Source: Octopus bimaculoides
Taxonomy: Eukaryota
Reading direction: 5' to 3'
Assembly (NCBI RefSeq): GCF_001194135.2
Contig: NC_068987.1
Location: forward strand, 69,285,164 to 69,349,163
Length of the DNA: 64,000 bases
The position numbers and the translations under genes are program-made. This document shows, in pieces, positions 40,346 to 53,224 of the stretch; the first letter of the stretch is position 1; every line of letters begins with the position of its first letter. The notes under the pieces are model-generated. The model was not told the origin of the DNA and searched no databases. It worked only from the letters and a program-made list of their open reading frames with translations.

Positions 40346-40742
40346 AAATCATACAATCCTGTGAATTCATCAGTCAACCACAAGGGAAAGTTATAATTTG
40401 TAAAAGGTTTTAGGCAATTATTTTGCGCTTTTGGTGCCATAAATAGAGTTAGCAGATTAATTGGTCGTGTATCATCGAAGATTCATGACTGGCCGACAGA
40501 GGTCGGCACTGGTAAAAGAAAAAAAAATCTATAAAAATAACTAAAAGCAAAAATAGGAAAGGTAACAAACAAGAATGTTTAGCTTAATCTAATGGTTAGG
40601 TAGTAAGCTATGAGACTTTTGAGTGGAAACTTTCAATATCGTTTTTCGTTGTCACCATTACTCTTTCTTCTTCATTCCAGACCATGCAATCTATGTTTAT
40701 TGGCAAGTATGTTCGTGAGGTAGTGTTGCGTTGTCCTGGTGA

Positions 40743-40790
<48 letters not shown>

Positions 40791-40910
40791 NNNNNNNNNN
40801 NNNNNNNNNNNNNNNNNNNNNNNNNNNNNNNNNNNNNNNNNNNNNNNNNNNNNNNNNNNNNNNNNNNNNNNNNNNNNNNNNNNNNNNNNNNNNNNNNNNN
40901 NNNNNNNNNN

Positions 40911-40944
<34 letters not shown>

Positions 40945-41299
40945 TGTGTGTTTGTGTGTGCGTGTGTGTGTGTGTTTGCATGTGTGTGTGTGTGTGTGTG
41001 TAAGGGCAAAATGTCATTTTGAATGTACGTAAGTAATGCAAGGGAAATACTGGAATACAAACTGTTTCGTATAACGTGTTTTGATGTTATTTTAAGTCAC
41101 AGATGTAAACTCGACGACAAGTGGTTAACGTTTTGTTAAAAATGATTTATGAAATATTTGTGATGTATAGATATATAGAGGAAGATGAACAGGCATGGTA
41201 TGAAATTAACTAAGTTCGATTTATGAATATATCGATTTTATAGAATCTCGCTATACAATGATAGTATCACCGTTACTGATACTTATTAATTGAAATATG

Positions 41300-42639
41300 G
41301 AATCTACCATATAAGATCCGATAGCAGTATGGAAATAAAAGAAATGTGTGTAGAAGAGCTGAGTTGTGTATAGCTCGATGTGTAATGCATAAAAAACTAA
41401 TTCTGCGTAGGTGATTGTAGATAATAAACAGCAACATGAGGGAATATAGAAAATTGTGTAAACTTATCTATGCAGACAGATGGTACTTGGTTATTTGTAT
41501 GCTATAGATGAAAAATGAAATTAACCTCTTTGATATATGATGTAGATATTCTCTTTTCCTGATCGACAACTAAACGAAGTCTGGAGGTGATAATTTAGAT
41601 GTGACTTGAGATAGGTTTATAAGAATATATAATGAAGTTATGGAAATGTAAAGATGAAACTGTGGTTGATAATTTAAGGTTGTTTAATTATAATAGTATG
41701 AGAACAATTGCAGTTAATGGATTCAACTCCAGGTTTGTGTCGATACTTATGTTTTAAGCTTAATGAGATGATAGATATTACTCATGAGATTTTAAACATG
41801 AACGGTGACAGAATAAACACGATAATTTTAGCCTGTATCTGCGTCAAAACAACTTGTAAGACACTGATAATTATGTTTCTTCTGTTGAAGTACAAACTGA
41901 ATTTAGTAAAGGTTTGGCTGAGAGAAGAAATAATTGATTCTGGTAATTTGCTAGTATTTATATTACAAAATTATGGAGAAACGCAAGACTTAATTGACTC
42001 CCATTAGATTATAAGCAGTAAGCAGCACACTAGATAGTGCAGGCTATCAACTGTATTGCCGAAATATATGAGCTTTCCTCTGAGGATGAATGTTATAGAG
42101 AATAATGCTAACTTGATATAGAGAGAGACGATATTGGCCAAATTACAAAGGTGTCAGTTTTTCTTCCAACTAGTTAACATTACTTATGTCATTGACCTCG
42201 CATTGTATCTGGCAAGAGCGAAGAACATCTGTTCTGTTGGTAAGTGTAACTCTAGTTCAGCACTGATCGATTCGATCTGTGTATATAAAGACTTCTAGTC
42301 ATGGCTTGGTTAGAGAAAGAAGGACAGCGTCCAATGTTATATTTTTAGGTCATTCAGAAACTTGAGTCTGAACGGAATAATGGAAAAGTCCTCTACCAGA
42401 GACCTGATTTCAGTGCAAGCAAAGGGGTGAACGTCGCCAAACGTACGCTTCGGCTATGTAAAATCTAGTTTGGAAAAGATTAGTCTGCCATTATTTCTAA
42501 AAGCTTGTAGAGTCAACTAGTGAATCTCTGGAGTTCATTGTTTAACGGTGCATATAAGATCCCTATTACACGAGGCCGGGCATTCGATGTAAGTTGCTGA
42601 CAAGCGTATTGGATTCTTTCGTAATTTACAGAAGTTTAT

Positions 42640-42640
<1 letters not shown>
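41300..42640 (+). pseudogene. Possible very old LINE RT remnants
   Basis: LIYAD(D) near 41465-41485 needs a frameshift. A weak match to LPLYKSLVRPxLEY lies near 42480-42530. The spacing is longer than expected. Confidence 0.25.
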
Positions 42641-42716
<76 letters not shown>

Positions 42717-43127
42717 TGTGCATTGAAGAAGATACCTATACACACATACATGGTTCCCTTTCGCTCTCATGTTCACATTGTCCATCTTCCTCTGCACCTG
42801 AACAGGTATATATGCGTTCACGTATGCTTAATTTTAAATATGTTTGTGTGAGTGTGCTGTATGTGTGTGTGCGTGCGTGAGCAAGTGAGCTGAGACAAAT
42901 ATTGTAAACGGTTATGTGGTACTTACATTATGAAAACATTTTACAGAATTTTCTCTACTATATAGTATGACCACACATATATGATCATACTGTATAATAT
43001 AATATAGCAAAATAAGATAATGATATAATGAAATATGAATGTAAACACTACTACACATATAAGCACACATACATACACACATACACACACATTCACAGAG
43101 ATAAATCTGCACATGCACATACACATG

Positions 43128-43166
<39 letters not shown>

Positions 43167-44779
43167 GTAGTATGATATATACACACATATATGCTGATAT
43201 GTACGTGCATACCAATGCGTGCGCGTGCGTGTGTGTATAAATCAAGAAAATGAATATTTTAACCAGCCTAAGCTCACTTTCAGTCTATTATTTTTATTGT
43301 GGCTTATTTAGTTCTTGCGAACTAACACTGTCCACCACATGCATTCATGCAGATATATGTGCACACATTTGCATGCGTGAGTCTGTATGTGTACGTCTCG
43401 TGAACACTTATATACACATATGTTATATATCGCTTACACTGACGTACGCAAACACATAAGCAATGCCAAAAATGCACAGAAACTAGCACGCACATACACA
43501 ATTAGACATACATATAAAATCAATAGAATATTTATATATTTACATGAAAGCAACAGTAACAGAGAACAGGCAGAAGCGGAGAATTAAGGTGAAGAAACTG
43601 ATTGACGTCTTATTGAATACAACAAACCACTAATGAAGGAAGACACAGATTTTGGTAACATTAAAAGTCTACGCAGGCGCACTTGTAATAATTTTATGCT
43701 GCTCCTTGAGTCATAGATATACGCATATTGGCATGTTTTTACTATGTGGAAGTAATTTATTTCTTTATATATTCGTGTACTTTCATCATTGCGGAAGTAT
43801 ATGAGTATAATTATCTATCAAATGTTAGTTGAATGAATGGAGGAATAAACAGAAAAAAAAAAACATATACACAGACAAAACACATACACGCATGCGCGCA
43901 TAAATATGGCTACTTTTGGATACAAACTTTGTTTGTGCATGATCATATATGTGTGTGCGAGAGTATGTATTTGTATATACATACAGATATATATATGCTT
44001 ATATAAGTAAATACACACAAGCACACACACACACACACACACGCACACACACACACACATACACACACACACACACAAAGCTCAGTATCCCCCACCAATT
44101 TATCCAACAACAATACTTCAAGTTGAGATAGAGTGATATTGTTGTAGAGGTGAAAGAAAATACATCTGAAATCCGTCCGCACCAAACCAGTAGCTCATTT
44201 CGGCAATACTACCTACAGAGAGGGCAGCACAATCGAAAGACGTTGAAAGTGAATTGATGTGCAAACATTATAAAACCAATGATAAATAGAGCACAGTATA
44301 CAAAGACTGCTTGCGATTTGCCACATATAGTTCATAGTAGAATTTTACATTTTTTTGCCGCACCAACTCATTTCCAACTTAATAAATTCATTAGTATTCA
44401 TCATGACACGTAACAAAATTCTTGTAGACCAACTTTAGCTCAAACCCAGTTTGGTGTTGCCTGACGCAAAAAAAAAAAAACGAGTTTCATTGGTAAAACA
44501 ACAACTAATAAGATCAATCTCAAGTAAATCTACATCACCATTCATACAACAAATTATTTCTTTATCTGTATACCAGAATTACACGCTGATTGTAAAATGA
44601 TTCTCATCGACAACCTGCCCAGAACCTAATTAATCATCTGACCAACCAATCTACTATTCACACAGGCATATAAGCACTTACGCACGAGTGCACATACACG
44701 CACGTACGCATGCACATACACATACACGCATACACGTATGTACGTATATATACATTCGCATATATACATATGCAAGCAA

Positions 44780-44945
44780 GAAAATCAACAACGCGAGGAT
44801 ATGGTACAAGTACTGTGTTATTGGCCGCTCAGGAAAGAAAGAAAAGAAAGAGGGTTTCACGTTTCGAGCGGAGCGCTTCATCAGAAAATATATAAAAAGT
44901 CCAAAGAAGGGAAGGCGGAAAAAGAAAATCGCCAACGATACACAC
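44780..44945 (+). promoter_or_regulatory. Promoter-like CpG-rich island (reverse CCAAT + TATA)
   Basis: ATTGG at 44820-44824, TATATAAAAAG at 44889-44899, and many CpGs. Motif evidence only. Confidence 0.3.
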
Positions 44946-44949
44946 GCGG

Positions 44950-45011
<62 letters not shown>

Positions 45012-45904
45012 CATTCTGGTTTAACGACCCTCCATGTTTGTTTTTGTTCGGTTTCCTTGTATGCCTCTACTGTCCTGTTTTTGTTCCCAAATTTGACCCT
45101 CTATAAATCCTGGACTTTATTTTAGAATTTATGGGAGCAACTGTCTTTGAAGACTCATATTGTCGTTGATTGCTCGAAATGAGGGGTCGATAGACAGCCG
45201 ATAACTGATGAAGGGTCTTTCTCTCTGGTTACTCGTCCTGCTCCCCATTCTTTCACTCACTCGTTATTTAACTCGTTTGTTTTCGTATTTCATGTTATTT
45301 ACACACCTGGTGACGTCCTGGTGCCATATATGTGTGTATGTATGTATGTATGTGTATATTTATATATATATATATATATATATAATCTATATTATGATCA
45401 CACATATATAATCACACATATGTATGTATATACATATGTGTGATTATATATGCGTCTGTCTATGTATATATGTATATTTCTTTGGTGCCTTTAAAAATTG
45501 GGCAACATTTTGGTCGATTTATAGGGTAAATATTAATAAACATACACCTACAATGTTAATTTTGGCGAGTTTAAAAAAACTGTTCATTTTGCCGAATTTT
45601 GTTTACCTCATGTGCTGTTGTGGGGAACGTCAGAATTCCCCTCCTACCGGTTATTAGACATGAATTGCTTATATTATACAGAACATAATTTACCTTTCAA
45701 TCTTTCTTCAAGTATTGTCTCTCATTCACGAGTGATAAACTATAGAGTTGCTAAAGAGAATAGAAATATAGCTCACGTACTAAATGTCCAAAAGTAAACA
45801 CATCGAACCACAGTTGGTATTTTCACAATGACTGAAAATTATACACTTCGCTGTCATTTAAAGAGAAACACATACAATTATGGTAAACCAATCTTGATCT
45901 AGAA

Positions 45905-46201
45905 CATGGGTTTTGAAACTGTGGTCCGCGGGCCACAGGGGGTCCGCAAAGACAAGACAGGAGGTCCGTGGACAGCAAATACTTTTTATGGGCAATTTGA
46001 TTTTATATATGTTTTTTAATCGAAATCTTTTAATTGAAAATAAACCTATTTGTTAAATACTGTTAAATAAATAAATGTAAAAATATATGTTATTTTAAGC
46101 AAATATTTGTGTATAAATTTTATAAGCGTTTATAAGGGGGTCCCTAAGGTAAAGCCTGAAATATAAAGGGGTCCGCAAATCAAAAAGTTTGAAAACCCCT
46201 G
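45905..46201. mobile_element. hAT (Charlie-type) MITE, 297 bp
   Basis: 16-bp TIRs (CATGGGTTTTGAAACT / AGTTTGAAAACCCCTG, 14/16). Perfect 8-bp TSD ATCTAGAA at 45897-45904 and 46202-46209, matching the Charlie NTCTAGAN target preference. Confidence 0.93.
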
Positions 46202-46912
46202 ATCTAGAACATATTGCATGAATTTAAAAGAAACTAAGTCAATTTATATCAACAGTTTAGTGGAACCAAATTACTGGAACAAATAGAGAAACTGCTGCAT
46301 GTATCGTTATAAAATGGTTCCTAAGTTTAAACACTGATTTAAGAATTGAACCGAGTGAAACGTATTGCGACATTGCCCGAAGAGAAAACTCAAAACGAAT
46401 TTAGTTTCGACAAAATGTTGTAGGACTTCATAAAAATAAATATTGTAGAGACTACATTAACTAAGATATTACTAACTCAGGACAGTGCACTCAGTATAAA
46501 TCAAACTTAATATCTTACTATTAATGTGAGCAGCTTATTGAAATATTCTATCAAAATGAACAAAAACCTATAGAATTAAATCCGTTGATCAGCTTAGCAC
46601 ATGCAGAGAAAATAGAATTAGGAATAATTGATTTGTGACCGTATCTATATCTAATCGTCCAATTGTTTCTTTTGAGGGGTCCAAAGCAATGCAGACAACT
46701 ACAACCCATTCATTCATCGATCATACACACACACACATACACGTGTGTGTATGCATGCATGTATGTATGTATGTATGTATGTATGTATGTATGTATGTAT
46801 GTATGTATGTATGTATGCATGTACGTGGGTTTATATATATATACAGTTGAAATTTATAGAAAAACGAAAGACGAAGACAGGTGTATGAACAACAAACACG
46901 TGTATTAGTTTG

Positions 46913-47165
46913 ACGCTCGTGAAATTAAAGTGCAAGTAGCTGAGTACTCCACAGACACGTGTACCCGTAACGTAGTTTTCAGGAGTATTCAGCGTGACAC
47001 GAATTGTGACAACGCCAGCCCTTTGAAATACAGGTACTACTCCTTTTTGCCAGCTGCGTGGACTGGAACAACGTGGAATAAAGTGTCTTGCTCAAGGACA
47101 AAACGAGTCGCCGGGAATTGAACTCACGACCTCGTGAGCCGATGCTCGATCCACTAAGCCACGTG
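46913..47165 (-). mobile_element. SINE family C copy (tRNA-like head + CORE-like box + shared central domain), tail missing
   Basis: Minus strand reads GTGGCTTAGTGG...GAGTTCAATTCCC...TCCTTGAGCAAGACACTTTA, then the domain shared with 15580-15705. Confidence 0.88.
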
Positions 47166-47249
47166 CACACAGACACACAGAAACACACACATACACACAC
47201 AAACACAAACTCATACACACACATACACGCACAACACACACACACATAT

Positions 47250-47468
47250 ATATTCTTTTACTTGTTTCATGGACTGCGGCCATCCTGGAGCACCCCTTTT
47301 GGTCGAACAAATCGATCCCAGGACTTATTCTTTGTAAGCCCGGTACTTATAGTATCGAACCGTTAAGTTACGTAAACGTAAACAAATCAACATCGGTTGT
47401 CAAGCGATGATGGGGGACAAACACAGACACACAAACATATACAAACACAGACACACAAACATATACAT

Positions 47469-47516
<48 letters not shown>

Positions 47517-47680
47517 GACGCGCTTCTTTCAACTTCCGTCTACCAAATCCACTCACAAGGCTTCGGGCGGCCCGAGGCTTTAGTAGAAGACACTTGCCCA
47601 AGGTGCCACGCAGTGGTACTGAACCCGGAACCGTGTGATTAGTAAGCAAGCTACTTACTATACAGCGACTCTGCGCCTAT
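47250..47680 (-). mobile_element. SINE family A, near full length
   Basis: Colinear with 36791-37212, including the internal microsatellite. Confidence 0.92.
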
Positions 47681-47705
47681 GTAAATATACATGCACACAT
47701 ATATG

Positions 47706-47769
<64 letters not shown>

Positions 47770-48182
47770 ACTATATATACATACATATATATATATATAN
47801 NNNNNNNNNNNNNNNNNNNNNNNNNNNNNNNNNNNNNNNNNNNNNNNNNNNNNNNNNNNNNNNNNNNNNNNNNNNNNNNNNNNNNNNNNNNNNNNNNNNN
47901 NNNNNNNNNNNNNNNNNNNNNNNNNNNNNNNNNNNNNNNNNNNNNNNNNNNNNNNNNNNNNNNNNNNNNNNNNNNNNNNNNNNNNNNNNNNNNNNNNNNN
48001 NNNNNNNNNNNNNNNNNNNNNNNNNNNNNNNNNNNNNNNNNNNNNNNNNNNNNNNNNNNNNATATATATATATATATATATATGTATATGTATATATTTA
48101 TATGTATATATTTATATGTATATATTTATATTGTGTGCATGTATATATATTTATATCCATCTATTTATCTATTTATATATAT

Positions 48183-48335
48183 AGGCGTAGCTCTCTGGTA
48201 GGAAGTTTGCTTCCTAACCACATAATCCCAGGTTCAGTCACACCTTTTCACCTTAGGAAAATGTCTTCTACTATATCTTAGACCCACCAAAGATCCATGA
48301 ATGTCTTTCATAGACGGAAACTGAAAGAATCCGTG
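48183..48335 (+). mobile_element. SINE family A, head part
   Basis: GGCGTAG...TTTGCTTCCTAACCACAT...GGTTCAGTC...AGACGGAAACTGAAAGAA. Confidence 0.82.
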
Positions 48336-48613
48336 CGTGCCTGTGTATGTGCATATTTTTCTGGATCTGTCTTTCTTTGCATATGTATTAACATATGTAT
48401 TACACATGGCTAAATAGCAGCCAACAGAATGTGCAAAAAGCAATTTCAGGGAGAAGATTCCACAAACTACAAAGACCTGCATTATGCAATCGAAACATAC
48501 ATTCTGGTACCGAGTATGGACGCACACATACTCTTCGAAAGAAAAAGCCTTATTAAATATATTTGTCTGTCCGTATATTTCTACGTATATAATCCCACTC
48601 TCTTCCGCTCTCT

Positions 48614-48717
<104 letters not shown>

Positions 48718-50298
48718 TCCGTCTGTATATGTGTGTATACACATACATATACATATATATATATTGTATACTCATCTATTTGTGTAGATGCGCCTATTTA
48801 ATTTTCCTATGAGTCTCTTCATTCCATAGGTAAAAGTGTTTTTTTTATAATTATTATATATATATATATATATGCATACATACAAACATACATAATACAT
48901 GCATACATATATATAGAGAGAGAAAGAGCGAGAGAGATGGCAGAGAGTGAGAGAAAGTGATGAGAGAAAGGGAGAGAGACACACGCAAGCACATATATGT
49001 ATGTATAATATATATACGTACTTAGATATTCAACAACACTTATAAACACGTATGTGTGTGTTTCGGTTACATTCCCGTAGAAAGCATGGTGATTGCCATT
49101 TTAATATGATGTAACTTCACGTAGAACGTCCGAGGCGCGAGATATATGCTCGGCTGCCATGTCCCAGTACACGAAGTTGGCGACTTTACGCTTCCAGCAA
49201 TACATCGACTATGTGTGCGAGTGTGATAAAAAGCGGGAAAAATAGTCGGACTGCTTGTTGAAAAAAAAACCTAGCGCTGCGGAATAAGCAGTAGCGAATG
49301 TAGTGAGTCTCTGCATACACATGTAGATGTTTATATGAACGGGTGGTCGTGTGAGTTTTTATATGAGTACGCATATGAGTGTGTAGTCGTTTGTGTGTAC
49401 TTGTATATAACTATATACATAGGTTTGCATATATGTGTGTGTGAATTTCTACATATGGTTGCATATGTAATATGATGTGCTGTGTTGTATTGTGTTGTGT
49501 TGTGTTGCGTGTGTGTTTATGTTTGTGTGTGTGTGTGTGTGTGACGTGGTGAAGACGGTGGTGGTGGGGCAGTTGCTGGTTGTGTAAGTTGCGATGGCGG
49601 TAAGAGAGGTGGTTGTGGCAGCAGAAGAAGAAGATTGGTGATGTAGGCAGCGGTGTTCTTTGTTGCAGCATTGGCGGAGATGTTTGTGTAGGTAGTGGTA
49701 ACGATGTCAGCGGCGTTGGAGCGTTGTTAATAGTGATGTGGTTGCAGTGGTGCCGGTGAAGAATGTAACGGTGGCGATGTTGTTGCTATTGGAGGGAAGA
49801 GGAGTACAGATCGTTGAAGGGTGGTCGGACTAGCTTTCGGCGTTTACAGAGATGACGGGAAGGGGAGAGCCATGTTAATTGGACGCCCGGTCACACGTAA
49901 AAACACTAATGCTATCGCTATAATGAGCGGCCCAGAAATTTATGGGAGGAACGCAGTGTTCGTTCTCTTCTGATTTCTTCAGAGACGCAAGCAGGCTGTT
50001 TCTCTTTATTCCTCACCCCCACCCCTCTTTTACACTCCCCCTTACTTCCCCTTATACCGACTTACACGCCACTACCAGCATCAGCAGCAGCACTAATAGC
50101 AGTAGCAACACAGTATCACTATTACTACTAACATTGCTTGCCTCGTAAACAGCGTCGCCACCCTGAAGAAACATCTTTCCACCACCGTTACGAAGCGAAG
50201 GAAAATCCCTCTGAAATCTAATTTCACTTTTATTCTATCTACTGTACTTCGTTCCCTCGTTCAGTCTCTATCATTTTTTTGTCTCTCTTCTCCCTCCT

Positions 50299-50331
<33 letters not shown>

Positions 50332-50851
50332 TACACTGTCTGTCTATCTCTAATTTCTTTCTCGAATCTGATGCAACACATCATACGCACACATTCAGTC
50401 ATGACATATATAATTATAAACACACACATATAAACATATACAAGGCTATATATGTGTGTGTGTGTGTGTAAGTATATACATATGTATGTCTATAGACACC
50501 AGATTACTCAGATACAGGTATATACACATAATTATATATGAACATATGTGCATATTTGTATGTAAGTATGTGTACACAAATATGTCTCCGTATACATCCT
50601 AATTTCTCCCCCCCCTTACTCTTCCTCTTCTCAGTTCCTTCTGTATATGTACGATGTGATATGCATGCGTGTGTGTGTGTGTTTGTGTGTGTATGTGTGT
50701 GTGTGTGTGTGTATGTGTGTGTGTGTGTGTATATGAATGACCCTGAGACAGAGAGAGAGAAAGACGAAGGGGCGAATGTGTGCGTGTGTATACGTTTGTG
50801 TTTTTGTATGTGCGTCTACATGAGTATGAGCTTGTGTGTATTTACGTGTGT

Positions 50852-50951
<100 letters not shown>

Positions 50952-51351
50952 CTGTCTGTCTGTGTGTCTGTGTCTGTGTGTGCGTGTGTGTTAGTGTGTG
51001 CGCGAAAGCGTGTGTATACATGTGAATGATGCTGCATTTATTATTTTTATAATCAATTCGTCCTGTTTTCTTTTTGGTAAATCATATTTGTTTTTCTTTC
51101 GCATCCTGTTTTGTTTTTATTGCTATTTTCCTTGAATTATTTTTGTATTTTGTAACTTCATTCCTTTTTCTTCTCACATTCTTTCCCTGTTTCTCCTTCA
51201 GTCTTTATCTTCTGTAATGGCAGTCTCTTTCCACTTAAAATCATACTCACTCACTCACTCAGTCAAGCCTTCCTTTACGTTATGTCCTTTCAATATATTC
51301 AATATTCAACTACCTCTCTCCACTCCCTTTTCTCATTCAAACACTTCTTTA

Positions 51352-51437
<86 letters not shown>

Positions 51438-51892
51438 TCTCTTTCTCTCATTCTTTATCTTCGTATTTCGGCTGCGTTTCAGCTGCAGAATTGTGAAACT
51501 ATCATTTTCGTTCCTCGCCTCTCTGTCAATCTATTTCTCTCTCCATTTGTTCTCTGTCTCTCTTGTTCCTGTCGCACTCTGTGATGCTCTGTTTACCTAT
51601 ATGTTTATACAGATACTTCTCTTTCTGTCTCTCGCACACCATTTCTATCTTCCTTTCTTTCTCTCTCTCTCCCTCTATTTCTTTCTTTCTGTCGTTTTTT
51701 TCTCTCGTTCTTTCTTCATAAATTTTTCTCTTTATTTCGTTCCTTTTTTTTAATACTATACCTTCTTACATACAGTCTCTCTTTCCCCGTCTAAGCCTTA
51801 TGTGTCTCTTTCATAAGCTTTCTTTCTCTATAACTTTCGTCTGCTTATATTGTACGTTTTCAGTTCTCTCTCTCTCTCACTCACTCACTCAC

Positions 51893-51953
<61 letters not shown>

Positions 51954-52699
51954 NNNNNNNNNNNNNNNNNNNNNNNNNNNNNNNNNNNNNNNNNNNNNNN
52001 NNNNNNNNNNNNNNNNNNNNNNNNNNNNNNNNNNNNNNNNNNNNNNNNNNNNNNNNNNNNNNNNNNNNNNNNNNNNNNNNNNNNNNNNNNNNNNNNNNNN
52101 NNNNNNNNNNNNNNNNNNNNNNNNNNNNNNNNNNNNNNNNNNNNNNNNNNNNNNNNNNNNNNNNNNNNNNNNNTATATATATATATATATATATCTATAT
52201 ATCCAGTCTCTGTCCCTTTCTCACAAATTTCTTTTTCTCTTAACATCTACCTCACTTCCTTTTATATTTTACTCATCACCATTTCAGGCCTGTTATTCTC
52301 TGACAAATTCTCCTCTTTATCTACGGAGTAGCTCTTAGTGTTACTCTGTCTCACCCAACAATTTACTCTCTCAGAAATTAAGTAACGCAAAATCTCTCTT
52401 CTCGAAGTAAATATTCTTTCTGTTTCACCTCAGTAATTTTTTCTTCTTTTCTTCCTTTCTGTCATCGTTTATTCTCTCATTCCTTTGTTGTTGTTCTTTC
52501 TTACTTCATTTCATCCATATCATATTCTTTCCTGCTTTCAATGTATTTCAACCCTATCTTTTTTTGTTCTCGTCTGTCAGTCAATCATGCTTTTAAATTT
52601 ATTTTGTGTCATTTTTTTTCTCCTTATTTTCTTCGTTTATACATTTTTTACCTTCTATCTAGTCATCGTCGCTATGAATATTTCTACTTTTCTTTAGTC

Positions 52700-52871
52700 C
52701 CAGGTCAGTCCCAGGTCAGTCCCGAGCTCTTAGACCAGCGATCAATGCTATTCCCCTTAGTCGTGAGCATCACGTTGTTTTGTATATCTCGGGCTAAGTT
52801 TTCCTAGCTAGCGATGAGCGATTTAAGGGATTTTGGCTTCTATCTCTTGCAAGTCGATCGATCGCACAGAG
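52700..52871 (+). mobile_element. Family D copy interrupted by a MITE
   Basis: GATTTAAGGGATTTTGGCTTCTATCTCTTGCAAGTCGA is followed directly by the MITE TIR. Confidence 0.55.
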
Positions 52872-53127
52872 CAGTGGTTCTCAATCATATTTTTAACAAT
52901 GGACACCCCCGCCTTCTGTTCCTATTTTGCTTAGATGGATTCTCAGAACAATTCGATGTTTAAAGAATCCTATTATATTTTGCAAGTAAATATTTTTAGG
53001 AACTCTATAAAACTTGTTAAAATATTTCATGTCTTTTAGAAGTATAATCAATTAATTTTACACAACTTGTGACAACAAAATCTTATAGAGCCCTAAATAT
53101 CATATAGACCCTGATTGAGAACCATCG
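52872..53127. mobile_element. Older hAT (MER5/Charlie-like) MITE, 256 bp
   Basis: TIRs CAGTGGTTCTCAATCA / TGATTGAGAACCATCG (14/16). The 8-bp flanks GCACAGAG / ACTTAGAA are degenerate. Confidence 0.8.
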
Positions 53128-53224
53128 ACTTAGAACATCTTTCGTTAGGTCTTACGTATTCTTTATTTTTCTTCTTTTCTTAATTTCTTTCATTCTTTCT
53201 TTTTTTTTTTGTCTTTTAGTAACT

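Noticed and set aside
40716-40724. let-7-like TGAGGTAGT (also TGAGGTAG at 12288)
   Set aside because: Only the 5' end matches. The rest differs and there is no hairpin.
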